Positions 60,044 to 64,000 of a DNA stretch of 64,000 nt are shown here, in pieces; position 1 is the stretch's first letter, and each line of letters starts with the position of its first letter. This DNA comes from Escherichia coli (GTDB taxonomy: Bacteria; Pseudomonadota; Gammaproteobacteria; Enterobacterales; Enterobacteriaceae). The position numbers and the translations under genes are program-made. Where the stretch lies: NCBI RefSeq assembly GCF_003334305.1, contig NZ_QOWS01000009.1. The stretch is one strand, 5' to 3'. Below the pieces are notes generated by a model that saw only the letters and a program-made list of their open reading frames with translations, was not told where the DNA came from and made no database searches.

Positions 60044-61078
60044 ATGATGAACAGCACCAATAAACTTAGTGTTATTATTCCGTTATATAATGCGGGCGAT
60101 GATTTCCGCACTTGTATGGAATCTTTAATTACGCAAACCTGGACTGCTCTGGAAATCATTATTATTAACGATGGTTCAACGGATAATTCTGTTGAAATAG
60201 CAAAGCATTACGCAGAAAACTATCCGCACGTTCGTTTGTTGCATCAGGCGAATGCTGGCGCATCGGTAGCGCGTAATCGTGGGATCGAGGTGGCGACGGG
60301 CAAATATGTCGCTTTTGTCGATGCTGACGATGAGGTCTATCCCACCATGTACGAAACGCTGATGACCATGGCGTTAGAGGATGACCTCGACGTGGCGCAG
60401 TGCAACGCTGACTGGTGTTTTCGTGAAACGGGAGAAACCTGGCAATCCATCCCCAGCGATCGCCTTCGCTCAACCGGCGTATTAACCGGCCCGGACTGGC
60501 TGCGGATGGGGCTTTCTTCGCGCCGTTGGACTCACGTTGTCTGGATGGGGGTTTATCGCCGTGATGTTATTGTTAAAAATAACATTAAATTTATTGCCGG
60601 ATTACATCATCAGGATATTGTCTGGACAACAGAATTCATGTTTAACGCGCTGCGTGCGCGATATACCGAGCAATCATTATATAAATATTATCTGCATAAT
60701 ACGTCAGTGAGTCGGTTGCATAGACAAGGGAATAAAAACCTTAATTATCAACGTCACTATATTAAGATTACCCGCCTGCTGGAGAAATTAAATCGAAATT
60801 ATGCCGACAAAATTACGATTTATCCGGAATTTCATCAGCAAATAACTTACGAAGCATTGCGTGTTTGCCATGCGGTGCGCAAAGAGCCGGATATTCTTAC
60901 CCGCCAACGGATGATTGCCGAGATATTTACTTCCGGTATGTATAAGCGCCTGATTACCAATGTGCGCAGCGTGAAGGTCGGTTACCAGGCGTTACTGTGG
61001 TCTTTCCGCTTATGGCAATGGCGCGACAAAACGCGGTCGCACCATCGCATTACGCGTAGCGCCTTTAATTTGCGCTAG
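60044..61078 (+). CDS. waaH: GT2 glycosyltransferase WaaH (YibD)
   Basis: 344 aa, LSVIIPLYNAGDDF..IIIINDGSTDNS GT2 signature. Confidence 0.9.
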   Translation: MMNSTNKLSVIIPLYNAGDDFRTCMESLITQTWTALEIIIINDGSTDNSVEIAKHYAENYPHVRLLHQANAGASVARNRGIEVATGKYVAFVDADDEVYPTMYETLMTMALEDDLDVAQCNADWCFRETGETWQSIPSDRLRSTGVLTGPDWLRMGLSSRRWTHVVWMGVYRRDVIVKNNIKFIAGLHHQDIVWTTEFMFNALRARYTEQSLYKYYLHNTSVSRLHRQGNKNLNYQRHYIKITRLLEKLNRNYADKITIYPEFHQQITYEALRVCHAVRKEPDILTRQRMIAEIFTSGMYKRLITNVRSVKVGYQALLWSFRLWQWRDKTRSHHRITRSAFNLR

Positions 61079-62024
61079 CGTTAAACTTCGCCGCTTCGGG
61101 CTGTTTGCCCCAGCCTTGCCACTGATGCTGGAAGTAAACGATCAGCGTGCTCTGGCTGATGCTTTCGCTTAATACTTCAAAGAAGCGATTAGCATAAACA
61201 GGTTCTATCGGTTTCTTCGGTTTGCACAGCTTCACGCCACGGAACGGATTACGCGGTGCATCAGGCACAGCGTTTTTCGGCGGTGTAGAAGTATCAACCT
61301 GCGGTTCATTCAGCAAGCTGCTGGCTTTCACCAGCGTAATGTCTGGCGGCAGGTTATAAACCATCTGTTGTAGCACGCGTACCGTTGAAGGGTGAGGATG
61401 CCCAATGGCAATGGTTGAACCGTTGCGACGCGCCAGATCAATTGCGCGATTAAATTGCACACGGATGTCCGCTTCGTTCTGCGAATCGTCGAGGAACACC
61501 TTCCGTTTGATCACCTTCACGCCAGTACCTTGCGCGGCGCGCATCGCCTGGGTATTACCGATGGTTACGCTGTCGAGGAAGTAAAGATTGTAACGCTCCA
61601 GTGCCTGCATCACTTTCTGCATACCAAACAGGTTAGAGGTCATCTTGCTACCCATGTGGTTGTTGATCCCCACGGCATAGGGCACGTTATTGACCGCACT
61701 ACGAATAATGCGCTCAATTTCGTCGCTGCTCATCTCCGGGCGCAGCGTATTTTTCTCCAGCGGCTGTTTACTCAGTGGTGCCATCGGGAGATGAATCAAC
61801 ACTTCGTGCCCGCTGTTATGCGCTTTGGTCGCCATCTCTCTGGCGTGCGGTGAATCGGGTAATACAGCGACGGAGATAGCGGAGGGCATCGCCAGCACCT
61901 GGTTTTCGTTGTGCGGGCGATACCCAAAATCATCAATGACGATGGCAAGTTTGCCAGCAAGTACGGGGGAGGAGAGCGCCAACAGAGCGGCAAATGCAAG
62001 AACGTTACGACGAAATGGAAACAA
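61065..62024 (-). CDS. yibQ: Divergent polysaccharide deacetylase family protein YibQ
   Basis: 319 aa, signal peptide, TTG start; 3' end overlaps waaH 3' end by 14 nt. Confidence 0.88.
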   Translation of the reverse strand: MFPFRRNVLAFAALLALSSPVLAGKLAIVIDDFGYRPHNENQVLAMPSAISVAVLPDSPHAREMATKAHNSGHEVLIHLPMAPLSKQPLEKNTLRPEMSSDEIERIIRSAVNNVPYAVGINNHMGSKMTSNLFGMQKVMQALERYNLYFLDSVTIGNTQAMRAAQGTGVKVIKRKVFLDDSQNEADIRVQFNRAIDLARRNGSTIAIGHPHPSTVRVLQQMVYNLPPDITLVKASSLLNEPQVDTSTPPKNAVPDAPRNPFRGVKLCKPKKPIEPVYANRFFEVLSESISQSTLIVYFQHQWQGWGKQPEAAKFNASAN

Positions 62025-62027
62025 AAC

Positions 62028-63287
62028 TTATCTTCCCAACCACGGCTGTGGATTGACCGCCTGACCCTGGCGGCGAATTTCGAAATAGAGTGAAGGCCGA
62101 CCCTGACCGCCACTGCTGCCCACCAGTGCAATTGGCTGGCCCGCGCGAACCTGCGAACCAACGCTCACCAGTGCGCTCTGATTATAGCCGTAAAGACTCA
62201 TGTCGCCTTTACCGTGCTCAACCACCACCACCAGACCGTAACCTTGCAGCCAGTCAGCCAGAATCACCCGACCGTCGGCAATCGCTTTAACTTCAGTACC
62301 TTCAGAGGCACCGATAACCATTCCTTTCCAGCGTAGTTCGCCCTGTAGCTGTTCACCATAGCGATGCAGCGTCGGCCCGCGAACCGGCCAGAATGCCTGA
62401 CCACGCGGCGCACCCAGGCCACCAGTTCGGGACATCAGCGATTTTTCGCTTTCGGTCGGTTTATAGGTGGTGCCTTTGCGCGTCGCTTCTTTCTGGCGGT
62501 CGCGAACCGCCTGGGCCTCACGCGCTTCTCGTTCAGCACGCGCTTTCGCCGCGGCTTCCGCACGGGCAATGCTGTTACGCAGACGGGATTCGTTGGCACG
62601 CAGTTCACTTAGCTGCTGCTGACCTTGCTGGATGGAAGATTCCAGCCCCGCCAGCGTCTTTTTACGCTCGTTCAGAGCCTGAGTCAGTTTCGCCTGTTGG
62701 GCGCGCTGTTCATATAACAGCGTTTGTTGCTCGCTTTGTTTCTCTTCCAGTTCAGCACGCTGCATGGCGACTTCTTCACGCGTTTGCTTCAACTGGGCAA
62801 TGGTTTCTTGTCGCGCCTGGTTGAGATAGCCGAAATAAGCCTGTAAACGCTGTCCACGCTGGCTTTCTTCACCGCTGAGAATTAGCTGAATACCGGTATG
62901 CTCGCCCTGACGGAATGCGGCATCCAGTTGCGCGGCGAGGCTGCGCTCCTGGGCGGCTTTTTGCTGCTCCAGTTTGGCAATCGACGCGTTCATCTCATCA
63001 ATCTGTTTATTGAGTTGATTGAGCGTGTTTTGCGTTTCGCGCAGCTTACGGGTGGCTTCAGAGATCGCTTCTTCCTGCTTTTTCAATTGTGCGAGCAGGC
63101 TTGCGCGTTGTTGTTGCTTTTGGCGTACCGCGCGCTCTTTTGCGGCGATATCGGCCTGAATAGATTTGAGTTGGTCACGCTCATCCGCGTGGGCGGAAAA
63201 GGCGCACAACAATACGCCAGCGCTAAGAACGCTGGCGTAGATGATGGGCCTGATTGCAAACCTGCGCGGTTTCACGGCCCGTGTCAT
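62028..63287 (-). CDS. envC: Murein hydrolase activator EnvC
   Basis: 419 aa from internal ATG (MTRAVKPRRFAIRPIIYASVL...) of ORF 62028..63311; coiled coil plus LytM/M23 domain; coordinates taken from the ORF track. Confidence 0.92.
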   Translation of the reverse strand: MTRAVKPRRFAIRPIIYASVLSAGVLLCAFSAHADERDQLKSIQADIAAKERAVRQKQQQRASLLAQLKKQEEAISEATRKLRETQNTLNQLNKQIDEMNASIAKLEQQKAAQERSLAAQLDAAFRQGEHTGIQLILSGEESQRGQRLQAYFGYLNQARQETIAQLKQTREEVAMQRAELEEKQSEQQTLLYEQRAQQAKLTQALNERKKTLAGLESSIQQGQQQLSELRANESRLRNSIARAEAAAKARAEREAREAQAVRDRQKEATRKGTTYKPTESEKSLMSRTGGLGAPRGQAFWPVRGPTLHRYGEQLQGELRWKGMVIGASEGTEVKAIADGRVILADWLQGYGLVVVVEHGKGDMSLYGYNQSALVSVGSQVRAGQPIALVGSSGGQGRPSLYFEIRRQGQAVNPQPWLGR

Positions 63288-63320
63288 GGTATTAATCGCC
63301 TTTCCCCTCATGGGGAGGGA

Positions 63321-64000
63321 TTATTCCACGATGAACAGCGGCTTACCAGTCATCTCTTGCGGGATTTCCATACCCATCAGCGACAACATGGTCGGCGCGA
63401 TGTCAGAAAGTTTGCCGCCTTCAACCGCTTTCACGTTCTTATCACCAACATAAATCAGCGGAACTGGCAGGTTGGTGTGTGCCGTGTGTGCCTGACCCGT
63501 TGCCGGATCGCGCATCTGTTCAGCGTTACCGTGGTCAGCGGTGATCAGCAGTTGTCCACCCACGGACTCAACCGCTTTCGCGACTTCTTCCACGCAGTGA
63601 TCCAGTGCTTCAACCGCTTTAACCGCCGCTTCCATCACCCCGGTGTGACCTACCATGTCGCCGTTCGGATAGTTACAGATAATGGTGTCGTATTTGCCGC
63701 TCTTGATGGCCGCAACCAGTTTTTCGGTCAGCTCTGCGGAGCTCATTTCCGGTTGCAGATCGTAGGTAGCCACTTTCGGTGAGTTGATCAGAATGCGATC
63801 TTCGCCTTTGAACGACTCTTCTACGCCACCGTTGAAGAAGAAAGTAACGTGGGCATATTTTTCGGTTTCGGAAATACGCAACTGAGTTTTGTCGTTTTTC
63901 GCCATCCACTCGCCGAAGGTGTTAACCAGGGAAGCGGGTGGGTAAGCAACCGCAGTTTTGATGTCAGCGGCGTATTCGGTCAGCATCACGAAATCGACGT
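63321..64000 (-). CDS. gpmM: 2,3-bisphosphoglycerate-independent phosphoglycerate mutase, C-terminal part (5' end beyond window)
   Basis: Open frame to the window end; C-terminal ...[26 protein letters not shown] matches GpmI. Confidence 0.92.
   Translation of the reverse strand, partial: VDFVMLTEYAADIKTAVAYPPASLVNTFGEWMAKNDKTQLRISETEKYAHVTFFFNGGVEESFKGEDRILINSPKVATYDLQPEMSSAELTEKLVAAIKSGKYDTIICNYPNGDMVGHTGVMEAAVKAVEALDHCVEEVAKAVESVGGQLLITADHGNAEQMRDPATGQAHTAHTNLPVPLIYVGDKNVKAVEGGKLSDIAPTMLSLMGMEIPQEMTGKPLFIVE

Noticed and set aside
62898-63782. 294-aa ORF on the plus strand
   Set aside because: Antisense across envC and gpmM; Arg/Leu-rich low-complexity translation typical of a spurious frame

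Overview
This window reads as a contiguous stretch of Escherichia coli chromosome, colinear with the K-12 ~82-min region but in inverted orientation, and I found no convincing multi-gene novel system in it. Gene identities come from reading the translated ORFs against remembered protein families; no database search was run. Gene order is ilvB(3' part)-ilvN, uhpABCT, ade, adeQ, yicN, nepI, yicS, nlpA, yicL, setC, tRNA-Sec (selC), yicJI, yicH, xanP, gltS, an extra uncharacterised ORF, recG-trmH-spoT-rpoZ-gmk, ligB, yicG, dinD, yicC, rph-pyrE, slmA, dut, coaBC, yicR, rpmBG, mutM, coaD-waaA, the LPS core locus, kbl-tdh, waaH, yibQ, envC and gpmM (5' end off-window). The LPS core locus has R1-type gene content (waaQGPOTYWVL) rather than K-12 type, with waaL on the waaQ-operon strand. 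There are about 65 protein genes, one tRNA, and no transposase, integrase, prophage or CRISPR array. The items worth a second look are a 288-aa Trp-rich ORF wedged between gltS and recG, the AT-rich R1 outer-core cassette, an apparently unoccupied selC island-integration site, and the absence of htrL between hldD and kbl. Regulatory calls (terminators, ops/JUMPStart, LexA box, pyrE attenuator, REP) were read by eye and may be off by a few bases.
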